Source: the human T2T-CHM13v2.0 reference genome, Homo sapiens. From it: a stretch of 64,000 nucleotides of DNA. This document shows positions 18,021 through 31,204 of the stretch, one piece after another (within the stretch, counting starts at the first letter, position 1; each line of letters opens with the position of its first letter). The notes under the pieces were generated by a model that saw only the letters and a list, made by a program, of their open reading frames with translations, did no database searches and was not told where the DNA came from. The DNA lies in the NCBI RefSeq assembly GCF_009914755.1, contig NC_060926.1. One strand, written 5' to 3'. A program made the translations under genes and the position numbers.

Positions 18021-19368
18021 ACAGAATTTTTAAATTGCCTATTTTAAGAAAATAAAAAGCCCTACAGATTATCTTGAACCTGCAAACAATAATACAGGGT
18101 TTAAATACAAAGGAAGATATAGTGCTTGTATACCTCTTATAACTATAAGCTTCATTAGTGGCAATATGTGACATTCAATAAGTCTAAATGAAGGAAATGG
18201 AACAGCCTTAATTGAGGATAATCCAAACTGATACAAATAAAGACATAGACACAAATCACATTTGATCAGCAATATCTTATTACCCAGATTTTCGCTGAAT
18301 TTGCAAAAGAAGATAGAGCAAAAGCTAAAGAAAATATTGAAAATAAGTGTAAAATATTTTTAGCGTAATCATTTATGTGAATAAAATGTGTTAAGTGTTT
18401 GGTTAATTAGCATTAAACATTAAAGAACAGTTCAATAAGATTGGATCGTGGTTTCAAAATTCCTCATATAAGTTAATGATTTACCTAATTTACATGTTTC
18501 ATATTTTGTTAGAGTAGACATAATATGAATTATTGACATTAATTGCATTTATTGGATAGTACATTCATTGAATATTGTAATAGTTTAAAGTAACTCATAT
18601 GAAAGAATGGCTAGCATTCATGAATATAGGAAAAATGTATATGAATCATGTATAAATGTATGTGTATAAATACATACAAATATGATGATTCTGGAATGAT
18701 TTCTATGATTATTTATGAAAAGATTAAAATTACAAGTAGTTTCTGGATGGAAGAGCAGACTGGCTGAAACATCTGCCTCCTTATTGATCGTCAGGGTGGC
18801 TCTACATGGTGTGGCTTGCTGAACCAGTACCTCTTTCCTTTTTGATCTCTCCACCTGCATCTCTCCCAAATTGCTGTTCTGTAACCTTCCTACCCAGATT
18901 CACATTGACATGGATAGCTGGAATGCTAGAAATGAATGATAATATTGTAGGGGCTCTGGCTTGCAAGAGACCTGAATGTCCTTACACATACCCAAAGGCT
19001 GTCCGCATCCCCTCTGCTGCCTGAAGCCTAAGCAGAAATTCAGTTCTTTTTAACAGGGTTAACACAGTTAACACAGAGGGATGGCAATGGAGAGAAATGG
19101 GCACTGATATCCCAACTACATGGTGCTCGCTAGGCCACAGGTCCTAGTCGGGGGCTGGGCCTGTATGTTTCTAGTTCAAAATAAAATGTCCTGTGGGCTA
19201 GTGTGAGGTCTGAGCCATAATTTGACATACAGGGGAGAGGCTGGCCCTTTTGTTCTCTCTAATATTCCTCTACTCACAATGAAGCATAAAGTAGTACATA
19301 TACACTTTCGGTAAGTAATTTTAAAGTGCACACTCTTGAGGTTACAGCCAGTTAAACAGATTAAATTT

Positions 19369-19704
19369 CTTTTTTTTTTCTGTTTTTTTTTTTTGTTTTT
19401 GTTTTTGTTTTTTTTTTTGAGACAGTGTCTCCCTCCATTACCCAGGCTGGAGTACAGTGGCATGATCACAGCTCACTGTAACCTCGACCTCTCAGACTCA
19501 GGTGATCCTCCCACCTCAGCCTCCCAAGTAGCTGGGGCTAGAGGCATGCACTGCCATGCCCAGCTAATGTTTGTATTACTTGTAGAGACAGGGTTTTGCC
19601 ATGTTGCCTACTCTGGTCTTCAACTCCTGAACTCCAGTGAGTCTCCCACCTCTGCCTCTCAAAGTGCAGGGATTACAGGTGTGAGCCACCACGCTCAGCC
19701 TGGC
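19369..19704 (-). mobile_element. AluJ
   Basis: Dimeric Alu antisense, long T-rich tail, TSD attaaatttc / attacatttc. Confidence 0.95.
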
Positions 19705-20489
19705 ACATTACATTTCCACAAGATAATTAATTAGACTATTTTTGTATAGATTAATACAAGTGTGGCTTCTTTCCTGAGCTTCTCTCTCCCTCTGTCTCCC
19801 TTTCTTTCCCCTCTACTCGCATTTCTTCCCCACTCAGTATTTCTCTCTTTCTACCGCTGGATCTCAACTCTAAGACCTTGAAAAAAACAAAATTATTTCT
19901 GCCTGGGCTTCTGATACAATCCTCAAATTCGGGTTGAAACAGTTTTCTCTGTGGCCATCTGCCACCCAAGCTGTTTTCATTCCTCCCTGAATTCTCATTT
20001 CTAAAACAAGGGAGGGACCAAGGGCATATGCTGCCAGCTCTCTGAACTCATCCCTTTGACTCCAGTATGCACTAGGCTTTTTGTGGCTGGCTTCTGGTCA
20101 CCTCACCTCCTTCCCCCAGGCATCTTCCTTCTTGAATTGCATGATCAGGAGTCTATTAGGAGTCACCCTATCTCAAGGTATTTTTCCCTCTATTATTCCA
20201 CCAATAAACTGTCAACTTTTTACTCTTTCTATACATAGCTTCTCCAAAACTGGAGTTGTATCAAAATACATGAGATTTTTTAAATTGACATATTAAGCAA
20301 AAGAAGTACAATGGCAACATATGTCCTATTTAACTGGAAAGAGAGGTATATACAGCCAGAACCCTGGACCAGTTTATTAAATTTTGGCAGTACAGCATCC
20401 GGCAAGAAAAAAAGTTAAGGGCAAGGCTAAAATACTTAGTATAGAGCAAAATTAAAAATAATGTGGGTCCCAGCTGAAGAATAGACCTT

Positions 20490-20650
20490 AAACTGGTCCA
20501 TGGCTGGAATTCACTATTATATGTCTGGGTTCATAGAAGCCTGGTAATTGTATGCAAAATTTGCATGTGTTAATTTTCCTGGGGAGAGATCATGCAGATT
20601 TCATCAACTTCTCAGAGGGAATCTGTGACCCAAATAAGGTTAAGATATTG
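20490..20650. mobile_element. MER103C-like hAT DNA transposon
   Basis: 'gtatgcaaaatttg...ggggagag...tttcatcaacttctcagaggg...tgtgacccaaataaggttaag'. Confidence 0.65.
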
Positions 20651-20867
20651 AAGGAGAGTCAGTTACTAAAATATTAAAAGAAACTTACTCTAAGTAACTG
20701 ATAAAATTATCTAATATTTAGCCTATTTTAAGTACAAATTCTAAATTCTTTGAATAAATATAAAAATGGTCCATTCATTGGTGGGAGTATACTATGGGTC
20801 CAAGTAAGTTTTTCAAGTTCCATTCAAAACACTTTATATATGATGAAGAAAATGTGAAAGTATTTTT

Positions 20868-23800
20868 CTGCTTTATTGGAGTATAGTTGACAAATGAAAT
20901 TATAAATATTTAAGGTATAAAACTAAATCTTTTGATATATACATACAATGTGTACCACAATCTAATTAACGTATCTATCACCTCACATAACCATTTTCTT
21001 TTTTCTTTTCTGTGGTGAGAACACTTAATATATACCCTTTTAGCAAATTTCAAATATACAATACAGTATTATTAACTATAGTCATATTGCTGTACGTTAG
21101 ATCTCCAGAATTTATTCACCTTGCATAACTGAAACTTTGTACCCTTTGACCAATATTTCCCCATTTCCTCTTCTCCCAACCCCTGGCAAGCAACATTCTA
21201 CACTCTAATTCTATGAGTTTGACTATTTTAAATTCCACATATAAGTGAGATCATGAAGCATTTGTCTTTCTGTACCTGGCTTATTTCACTTAGCATAATA
21301 TCCTCCAGTTTCATCCATGTAGTCACAAATGACAGGATGTCTTTCTTTTTTAAGGATAATATTCATAAACACACACACACACATACACAGACACACATAT
21401 ATATACATACATATATACCACATTTTCTTTATGCATTCATCCATTGATGGACATTTAGATTGTTTCCATATCTTGGCTATGTGACTAATATTGCAATTAA
21501 CTGATTTCATTTCCTTTGAATACATATATTTTTTGAATATATATATATTTTTTCCATAATGGCTGTACCAATTTACATCCCCACCAATAATGTCCAGGGT
21601 TCTATTTTCTCCACATCCTCACCAACTTTCTGATAATAGCCATTCTAACTGGTGTGAGGTAATAATTCATTGTAGTTTGGATTTGCATTTTCCAAATAAT
21701 TATTAATGTTGAGCAACTTCTCAAATACTTGTCAGCCATTTGTGTTTCTTCTTTTGAGAAATGTCTATTCAGATTTTCGCCCATTTTTTCATAGGATTAT
21801 TTGTGCTTTTGCTAGTGAGTTGAGTTGTTTGAATTTTATATATAGAGAGAGAAATATATATATGTATATATAATTTTTTTCTGGTTATTTATCCCTTGTC
21901 ATGGAGAACCTCTGCTAGGGCAGTGCAGAAGGGAAACATGGGGTCAGAGCCCCCACGCAGAGTCCCTACTGGGGAACTGACTAGTGGAGCTGTGAGAAGA
22001 GGGCCACTATCCTCCAGACTCCGGAATGGTAGATCCACTGACAGCTTGTACCATGAGCCTGGAAAAGCAACAGACACTAAACGACAGCCCATGAAAGCAG
22101 CCAGGAGAGGGGCTATATCCTACAAAGCCACAGGGGTGGAGCTGCCCAAGGTTGTTGGAGCCTACCTCTTGCATCAGTGTGACCTGGATGTGAGACATGG
22201 ACTCAAAGGAGATCATTTTAGAGCTTTAAGATTTGACTGCCCCGCTGGATTTCAGACTTGCATGGGGCTTGTAGCCCCTTTGTTTTAGCCAATTTCTCCT
22301 ATTTTAAATGGCTGTATTTATCCAATGCTTGTACCCCCACTGTATCTAGGAAGTAACTAGCTTGCTTTTGATTTTACAGGCTTATAGGTGGAAGGGACTT
22401 GCCTTGTCTCAGATAAGACTTTGAACTGTGGACTTCTGAGTTAATGCTGAAATGAGTTAAGACTTTGGGGGACTGTTGGGAAGGCATGATTAGTTTTTAA
22501 ATGTGAGGACATGAGATTTGGCAGGGGACAGGGGCAGAATGATATGGTTTGGCTCTGTGTCCCCACCCAAATCTCATCTTGAATTGTACTCCCATAATTC
22601 CCATGTATTGTGGGAGGGACCCGGTGGGAGATAATCGAATCATGGGGGCAGTTTCCAACATACTGTTCTTGTGGTAGTGAATAAGTCTCACAAGATCTGA
22701 TGGTTTTATAAGAAATCCCTTTCACTTGGCTGTCATTCTCTGTTGCCACCACCATGTAAGATGTGCTTTTCACTTTCTGCCATGATTGTGAGGCATCCCC
22801 AGCCATGTGAAACTGTGAGTCCATTAAAATTATTTTTTCCCTAGTCTTAGGTACGTCTTTATCAGCAGCATGAAAACAGCCTAATACAATGACCTCCTCT
22901 AGAACAGTTTTTGATTTAAAGTCTATTTTGTCTAATTTAAGTTAGCCACCCCTGCTCTTCTTCAGTTACTATTTGCATGGAATATTTTTTTCCAACCTTT
23001 CATTTTCAACCAATGTGTGTGCTTAAGAATAAAGTAAGTCTCTTGGAGACAAGATATTGCTAGATCTTGTTTTTAATCCTTTCAGCCACTCTAGCCTTTT
23101 ATTAGAAAGTTTAATCCATTTATATTTAATGTAATTATTGATAAGTGAGAACTTCTTATTGTCATTTTGTTAGTTGTTTTCTGCCTGTTTTGCACTTGTC
23201 TCTCTACCTTCCTTGCTTTCTTGATGTCTTTTTTTGTTACGACATGATTTTTGTAGTAATTTGGTTTGATCCTTCTCTCATATCTTTTGTGTATCAATTA
23301 TAGGTGTTTTTCTTTGTGGTTACCTTGAGGCTTGCATAAAATATCTTGTATTTATTTATTTTAAATCGATATCAACAACTTCAATCACATATAAAATCTC
23401 TATACTTTTATCACCCCTCACATACACACGTTGTGTTCTTACAGTCAGAGTTTACTTCTTTTTGTATTGTGTATCCATTAACAAATATTTTGTCCTTTAA
23501 TATTAGGGTTAAAATTTACACACTACCATTATGGTATTAAATTATTTGTTGTCTATATATTTATCTTTATTAGTGAGATTTATGCTTTCATATGCTTTTA
23601 TGTGTCTGTTTAGCATATTTTTGTTTGAAATTGAAGAACTCCCTTAAGCATTTTTCAAAGGAAAATCTAGTGGTGACAAACCCTTCAGTTTTTGTCTATC
23701 TGAGAACTGTTCTAACTACTTATTTTTAAAGGATAGTTTTGCAAGGTATCATCTTGGTTTGCAATTTTTTTTCTTTTAGTACTTTGAATATACCATCGCA

Positions 23801-25188
23801 CTTTTCTCTGAGCTGCAAGGTTTCTTCTAAGAAGTCTACTGGTATACTTACGGAGTTCTCTTACATGTGATTCCTTTTCTGTTTGCGTTCAAAATTGTCT
23901 GTCTTTGACTTTTTACAGTTATAATGTGCCTCAGAGTAGACCTCTTTATGGTCAAGCTATTTGGAGTCCTTTGGGTTTCTAAAATCTGGATATCTATTTC
24001 CTATCCCAGATTTGGGAAGTTTTCAGTCATTATTTCTTTAAGTAAGCTTTTTGCCCTATTCTTTCTCTCTCTTCTCCTTCCCTATGACTGTGATAATTTG
24101 TATACTGGTTCACTTGAAAATGTCCCATAAATCCTGAAGGCTTATTTCACTCTTTCTCGTTTTTTCTTTTACTTCTCTGACTAAATAGTTTCAAGTAACT
24201 TGTATTTAAGTTCCCTGATTGTTTCTTCTGCTTGATTGAGTTTTCTATAGAAACTCTTTATTGCATTTCATTCATTACATTGTTTAGTTCTAGAATTTCT
24301 GTTTTGTTCTTCATTGTTATTTCTATTCCTTTGTTGAACTCATTTTGATTATGTATTGTTTTCCTAATTTCATTAAGTTGTCTAACTGTGTTCTCTTGTT
24401 GCACATCAAGCTTTTTTAAACAAATTATTTTAAATTTTTTGTCAGGCAATTTGTAGATCCCCATTTCTTTGGGGTCAATTACTAAAAATTTATTGTCTTC
24501 CTTTGATGGTATCATGTTTCCTTGATTTTTCACATTCCTTGTAGTATTGTGTTGGTGTCTGTGCATTTGAAGGAGTTATTTCTTCCATACTTTATGGTCT
24601 GGCTTTGGTGGGGAGAGACCTTCACCTGCAAGTGTCTGTAAGGGTACTAGCTGGGTGGGATGTGCAGCAGTGCTGGGTGCATGGGTGCACAGTGGAATCA
24701 GGTCAGGGGCATAGGTGTACATCACTGCTGGGGCTGGGAGTAGTGCAGTGGCTCCAGCTCCAAGGGTCACAGAGGCAGTTCTGGCTTGGGGTGATGCAGT
24801 GGTGTGGGCTGTGTGCAGCTCTGTCAGCTGGGGTTTTACTGACAAAGGCTGTGGGGATCCTTGGCTGAAAAGGTGAAGGGTCCTGATGGTGACAACTACT
24901 GGGGTCCTCCTGCTTTCCTTTTCCACTACATCAGGAAGTTTCAGCCAAGGAGACTCTTTTTGACACTGAGTTGTGGTGGCCTAGGTGATGGGATAACACA
25001 GGTAAAATGTTTCTGGTGCTTTTCTACGTGCCTATCCCCAGTTGTTGTGCTACCTGGGTTGCTGTAGCTTTTAAATTGTACTCTAAAGCTCTCCTAGAGC
25101 TATTTTCATCCGTGGATAGTAAGTCATTGTTTTTGAAGGAGATGAGGAATGGGACTCCTAGTCGGTCATCTTGCTGACATCACTCCCA
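20868..25188 (-). mobile_element. L1MA8/9-like LINE-1 with both termini; most of ORF2 deleted; hosts a THE1
   Basis: 3' UTR and ORF2 end at 20868-21900; EN start, ORF1 and 5' UTR at 22889-25188, ending 'catcttgctgacatcactcc'; TSD tgaaagtattttt (20855-20867) / tgaaggtattctt (25189-25201). Confidence 0.8.
21901..22888 (+). mobile_element. THE1 (MaLR): 3' part of internal region, polypurine tract and 3' LTR (22540-22888)
   Basis: LTR 'tgatatggtttggctctgtgtccccacccaaatctc...ctaataca' preceded by 'ggcaggggacaggggcagaa'; no 5' LTR. Confidence 0.92.
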
Positions 25189-25207
25189 TGAAGGTATTCT
25201 TTAAATC

Positions 25208-25390
25208 AACATTTCCTAAATTCCTCTCATGATTTGAATAACTCAGAGTGCTTGTATTCTAAAAATGAAAATTCCCCAGTTCCAGCCCACAAATACTGAA
25301 TCAGAATTTAAAAGAGAGAGGCATAGGAATTTTTTGAAAGAAATATCTCAGATTATTTCTATCAATAGGAAGCACTTTATGGAAAATTGC
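25208..25390. mobile_element. MER5-like hAT fragment
   Basis: 'aaaaatgaaaattcccc...cccacaaatactgaatcagaattt'. Confidence 0.45.
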
Positions 25391-25600
25391 CAAAGTTATA
25401 AATAATTGATGTCCTTGTTCATCAAACAAAAACAAATGAATTAAAAACAGAAAACAAGAAATCTATGCCCTAATTTTAACAATTTTAACATAGCAATTAT
25501 CCACTTAAGGCTAGGTTTGTTACTTTGTGAAATTCTGCATAATACAAATGATTAATAAATTATAATTGTTTAAAACATTTGACCTTTATAGCAATATAAG

Positions 25601-25604
<4 letters not shown>

Positions 25605-25641
<37 letters not shown>

Positions 25642-25760
25642 CTTTAAGTTTTAGGGTACATGTGCACAATGTGCAGGTTAGTTACATATGTATACATGTG
25701 CCATGCTGGTGTGCTGCACCCATTAACTCGTCATTTAGCATTAGGTATATCTCCTAATGC
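25605..25760 (-). mobile_element. L1PA3-like 3' stub (~155 bp)
   Basis: (TAT)n tail plus 'tactttaagttttagggtacatgtgcac...tcatttagcattaggtatatctcctaatgc'; 18-bp TSD tatagcaatataaStatt (25587-25604 / 25761-25778). Confidence 0.95.
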
Positions 25761-26403
25761 TATAGCAATATAACTATTAAAAATTAGTTTTGTAATTCAC
25801 ATGTAGCCACATACAAAGGTTTTACTACCTAAACAATTTTTCCAAACAAGGTACTAAAATAAACTTACAGAAAGTATTTGTAGAAAATGCATTTGAGTTT
25901 AGTAATTTGATGACTTTTTATCCCTAAAGTATTAAGAAATTGTAAAGGAGTCTTAGCATAAAAAGCAAAATGTTAAAAGAAGCAGCAGGTGGTCAAGCAG
26001 TCTCTCTCAAACATATTATCCCATTAAACTAACAGTTTTTTTTTCACAAAAGGAATGTTTTTCTAATGTATTACAAATCACCCCAGAGAGATTATTTATA
26101 ATGGTCACTTCAGTGGGCTATCCCAGCTAGTTTACTCTACAGTGCCATTTTAATAAAAACCTACTGGGAGGAAATCTCTTTATAATTTAAGCCATTTAAT
26201 TTTAAAAATTAATGTAAAGTAAAGCCATAGTCAACTCAATTCCATAAATATTTGATTATTATCTCATATAAATAAGCCCAGCTGTAGGTTAGCTACTAAG
26301 GATAAAGTGACGAGTAAGACACATTTCCTACACTCAAAGAGCTATCTTGCTCTAGAACATTTTTTTCTCTTGCCTTTTTTTTTTTCTTTTGAGGAAACTA
26401 AAT

Positions 26404-26608
26404 CAGGGGTTTGCAAACTTTTTCTGTAGAAGGACAGATAGTAAATATTTTCTACTTTGCTTGTCATTCCGTCTCTGTTGTAATTATTCAACTCAGTTGT
26501 GTAGCATGAGAGTTGTATAGCCAATGTGTAATTTTTAAAGCATGGTTCTAATAACAAAAATAGGCTGCTGGCCAGATTTGTCCCTTGGGCTGTAATTTGT
26601 TACCACTG
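26404..26608. mobile_element. MER58A hAT DNA transposon
   Basis: 'caggggtttgcaaactttttctgtag...tttgttaccactg'; 8-bp TSD aactaaat / gactaaat. Confidence 0.85.
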
Positions 26609-27279
26609 GACTAAATAACTCGTGAGTGCTTATTTAATCTTTCAAATTTTTATCATATCTGCCTTACTAAAATGTTTATACCAGAAATAGTGAAAAGTAG
26701 ATATACCAAGAAGATAGGAAATTTAAAAAGGAATTACAGAAAAAACAGACTGAGATAAATCAAGGAAGTTGTTAAAGGAGAAAAGGCAGTGTCACCCAAA
26801 TAGAAAGTGATACATCAATAAAGGTCGAGCTCTCTGGAGGAAATTTGAAAACTTTTAAACAGTAACAACAGTAATAGTAACATATTATGAAATAATCCAC
26901 TTCTATGTAAAATCATCTTTATAGCTTTAACTTGCTTTAAAAACAGATGTGTTAGGCATAAAATCTAAAATGCTTAATTATACAAATAATGCATAATTTT
27001 GTAATTAAAAATACAAATAAGCCCAAAGAAAAAAATAAATATCTCCACAAATCTTACCAAACCAGAAACACTACTGTTTTACTAAAAAAGGTTTCAAATA
27101 CTTTAGAAGAGCCAAGTCTTTATAGGATTCTTCTGCAGCTTGTAGGATCAGATAGGATCAGAGCTTAATCCATTCATTCACTCCCAAAGTTCACATTTTA
27201 GAGTGCTGAATTTGCTCAAGTGGGGCAAACTGCAGTGCCCAGTGCCCAATAGCCTATCACCACAAGAATAATGTGTGCT

Positions 27280-27360
27280 CCACCATGGCACACGTATACA
27301 TATGTAACAAACCTGCACGTTGTGCACATGTACCCTAAAACTTAAAAGTATAAAAAAAAA
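27280..27360 (+). mobile_element. L1PA 3' micro-insertion (81 bp)
   Basis: 'catggcacacgtatacatatgtaacaaacctgcacg...taccctaaaacttaaaagtat' plus A-tail; perfect 16-bp TSD aagaataatgtgtgct (27264-27279 / 27361-27376). Confidence 0.95.
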
Positions 27361-27367
27361 AAGAATA

Positions 27368-27620
27368 ATGTGTGCTAGGCACTATATGAGGAGCTTTCTG
27401 GAGATCATCTCATTGAATCCTTCCCACAATCCCAGAAGGCAGACACTATTATGATTATGTGCAATGTTAGAAATGAGGAATGTGAGGCATGAATGAAGTA
27501 TGTGAGGCATGAATGAGGAATGAAGTAATTTACTATGGTCAAGCAGCCAGTCAGTGCCAGAATGATGATATAAATCCAGAAATTTGGTTTCCATCATCCA
27601 TGATCTGAAACTTTAGCATT
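27368..27620 (-). mobile_element. MIR with a short internal tandem duplication
   Basis: 'tgtgctaggcact...atctcattgaatcctt...aaatgaggaa'; 'atgtgaggcatgaatga' occurs twice at ~27480-27516. Confidence 0.7.
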
Positions 27621-27852
27621 TCTCCTAAGGAAAAATAGGTACATCCAAACCCTGTGGTATAAACCTAGAGCCAGTAGTCAGACACTCCTTGCTTTCATTG
27701 AGATAGACATGAATGTAAAAAGTGTAAACGTCTCTGTCACCCATAAAGAGATAATGGCAACAATATCACAATTAGCAATGATTTGGTATGTATTACTTAC
27801 CAAACTCAAGGTAATAAATTTGAGTCCATAGTTTGGGGCCATAATTTAAGTG

Positions 27853-29975
27853 TGAATTTGTCCATTCTCACATTGCTACAAAGAACTGCCTGAGACTGAG
27901 TAATTCATTAAAAAAAAAAAAGAGGCTTAAATGGCTCATGGTTTTACAGGCTGTACAGGAGGCATGGCTAGGGAGGCCTCAACAATCATGGCAGAAGGCA
28001 AAGGGGAAGCAGACACATTCTACATGGCTGGAGCAGGAGGAAGAGAGTGAAGGGTGAGGTGCTATACACTTTTAAACAACCAGCTCTCTTAAGAATTCAC
28101 TCACTATCATGAGAACAGCAAGGGGGAAGTGCACCCCCTTGATCCAATCACCTCCCACTGGACCCCTCCTCTAACATTAAGGATTACAATTCAACATGAG
28201 ATTTGGGCAGGGACACAAATCCAAACCATAACATTCTCCCCTGGCCCCTCCCAAATCTCATGTCCTTCTCAAATTGCAAAATACAATCATCCCTTCTCAA
28301 CAGTCCCCCAAGTCTTAACTCATTTCCGCATTAACTCAAAAGTCCACATTCCAAAGTCTCATCTGAGACAAGGCAAGTCCCTTCTGCCTATGAGCCTGTA
28401 AAATCTAAAACAAGTTATTTACTCCCAAAATACAATGGGATATAGGAATTACTCCCTTTCCAAAAGAGAGAAATCTGCCAGAAGAAAGGAACTACAGGCC
28501 CTGTACAAGTCCAAAACCCAGCAGGGCAGTCACTAAATCTTAAAGCTCTAAAATAACCTCCTTTGACTCCACGTCTCACATTCAGGCCATACTGATGTCT
28601 GGAGGATGATGGCCCTATTCTCACAGCTCCACTATGCAGTGCCCTAGTGGGGACTCTGTGTGGGGGCTCCATCTCCACATTTCCCCTCTACACTGTCCTA
28701 GTGGAGGTTCTCCATGAGGGCTCTGCCCATTCAGCAGACTTCTGCCTGCACATCCAGGCTTTTCCATAGATCCTCTGAAATCTAAGCATAGGCTCCCAAG
28801 CTTCAGCTCTTGTCTTCTGGGCACCTGCAGGCTTAACACCACATGGAAGCTTCCAAGGCTTGTGGCTTACACCCTCTGGAGGAGTGGCCTGAGACATATC
28901 TGGGACCCTTTTAGCCATGGCTGGAGCTGGAGTGGCTGGGACACAGGGAGCAGTGTCCCAAGGCTGCACAGGGCAGCAGGGCCCTGGGCCCAGCCCAGGA
29001 AACCATTCTTCCCTTTTAGGCCTCCAGGGCTGTGATGGGAGGGGCTGCCACGAGGTCTCTGAAATGCCTTGAAGGCATTTTCCCTATTTTCTTGGCTATT
29101 AACATTTGGCTCCTCTTTACTTAGGCAAATTTTTGCAGCCAGCTGGAAGTTCCAGTTTCAGATCATCTCTGCTCACACATATGAGCATATCCTGTTAGAA
29201 GAAGCCAGGCCACATCTTGAATGCTTTGCTGCTTAGAAATTTCTTCTGCCAGACACCCTAAATTCTATCTCTCAAGTACAAAGTTCAACAGATTCTTAGA
29301 TCTGGGGCACAATGCTGTATTTGCTAAAGCCTAACAACAGTGACCTTTGCTCCAGTTCCCTATAAGTTCCTCATCTCCACCTGAGACCACATCAGCCTCA
29401 CTGTCCATATTACTATCAGCATTTTGGTCATAACAACTGAACAAGTCTCTATGAAATTCCAAGCTTTTCCTCATCTTTCTGTCTTCTTCTGAGCCCTCTG
29501 CACTCTTCCAACCTCTCTGTCTTTACCCAGTTTCAAAGTCACTTCCACATTTTCAGGTATCTTTATAGCAATGCCCCACTTCTCAGTACCAATTTTCTGT
29601 ATTCATCCAGTCTCACATTGCTATAAAGAACTACTGGAGACTGAGTAATTTATAAAGAAAAGAGGTTTAATTGGCTCATGGTTCTGCAGGCTGTACAGGA
29701 AACATGGCTAGGAAGGCCTTAAGAAACTTACAATCATGGCAGAAGGGGAGGCAGACACATTCTACATGGCTGGAGCAGGAGGAAGAGAGCAAAGGGAGAG
29801 GTGCTATACACTTTTAAACAACCAGATATCATGAGAACTCACTCAATATCATAAGAACAGCAAGGGGGAATTCCACCCTCATGACCCAATTACTTTTTAC
29901 CAGTTCCCTCCTCCAACACTGGGGATTACAATTCAACATGAGATTTGGGCAGGGACACAAATCCAAACTATATTA
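27853..29975 (-). mobile_element. MSTA-type MaLR provirus (LTR-int-LTR)
   Basis: LTRs 27853-28233 and 29598-29975; PPT complement 'ttctcccctggcccctccc'; 5-bp TSD aagtg / aggtg; internal deletion near 28597. Confidence 0.93.
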
Positions 29976-29990
29976 AGGTGTCTGAATAGT

Positions 29991-30640
29991 CAGTTGTTCT
30001 GAACTTTCTTTGGAACCCAAACACTTTGTAAATGTAACAACAGCCACAGATAATTCCCTCAAAGGAGTGCAAATAAGCATACTGTGGTGGCCCTGGAAGT
30101 GTACCACCCAGATCTCCTTCATAGAACTCCTGCCAGGAGCTGAGCTGATGGACAGCCCCAGCTACTACCCCTTGGATTCATGACTGCTCATAGCACTTGC
30201 CCTAGGGCTTCTTGGAGCCAACAAATAAGCATGGAAGAGGTAATGGTGCTTGTACCTTTCTGCCCAATATAGGATGCTTCCAATAAGCAAACTTTGCTTG
30301 GGGACTCCACATCAGCTTGGATGAGATTTTCTTAGAACTATACTGCAGTCTGAGGCCTCCAACCAAATCCTCCTTCCCCTCTCTCCTTTCACAGATGCCA
30401 GACCTGCCTTGTGGTCTCAAGGCTCTTGCCTTCTATTCCTCCTCCCTCTCCTTTACCGTCCACATGCACTCCCCCATAAATTAAGCTTGTCTAATTCTGT
30501 CTTGTTGTCTATTCCTTGGAGGACCTGAAATGATAATCACAGGTGTGTAAAACATTGTGCATTTTTTCAAAGGATTAGTGGAACCCTGAAGTTCATTTGT
30601 AGATCCCCCTGAGGCATAAAGACATCAGGTTAAGAACCTC
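29991..30640. mobile_element. MER103C-like element split by an LTR40
   Basis: Halves at ~29991-30082 and ~30545-30640 ('gaaccctgaagttc...caggttaagaacc'). Confidence 0.5.
30083..30541 (+). mobile_element. LTR40-like ERVL solo LTR
   Basis: 'gcagtctgaggcctcc...tcctccttcccctctctcctttcacag...cagacctgc...gtggtct...ggaggacctgaa'. Confidence 0.7.
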
Positions 30641-30894
30641 AGCAGGTGGTACAATTAAAGGTAATTAAAAGATGGATACTAAGCCAATTTTTGCATCATT
30701 CTGCTCTTATAAAACTTTGGCAAATGATTTTTTAAAAATATGCATAGTTCAAATCTAAAACAACTATATTTAAATACTTGTTAAATTATAGTAATCTATT
30801 ATTTTTTTAAAAAATCAAATAGGTAATAAGAGAACCACTAAAACACCATAAATGTAAAAATCCCTTGAGTGTTTTTTTTTTTAGTTTTCTGGAA

Positions 30895-31070
30895 AGAACA
30901 TCACACCGTGTAATACTAAAGCCTGAGCTCAAATCCTAGCTTACCCAGGCTTGCTGATTAACCTCCTACAAATCACTTAACTTTTCTGGGTTCAAATTGC
31001 CATATCTCTACAATGAAGGGGTTGGACTAGGTAATTTCTAAGGAATCTTTCCATTCTAAAATTTTATGAT
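30895..31070 (+). mobile_element. MIR3/MIRc
   Basis: 'caaatcacttaacttttctggg...aatgaagggggttggactaggtaatttctaagg...attctaaaattttatga'. Confidence 0.7.
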
Positions 31071-31204
31071 AATATATGGTTTTCTCTGTAGCATAATTAA
31101 TAGTATCAAGAAGGCAAAACTAACTCTAAGTCCAATATAATAATATCAGTAATGTCATTTCAGAAGAAACTGAAGGAAAAATTAAATGTATTTAAAATCC
31201 TCAA

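Noticed and set aside
18284-18324. Possible 41-nt minus-strand exon (ttttctttag acceptor, GTAATA donor)
   Set aside because: Weak donor, no recognisable peptide and no partner exons; needs RNA-seq.
19175-19316. Strong donor-like sites (CG|GTAAGT on +, TT|GTGAGT on -)
   Set aside because: No convincing acceptor or ORF; such motifs are common by chance.
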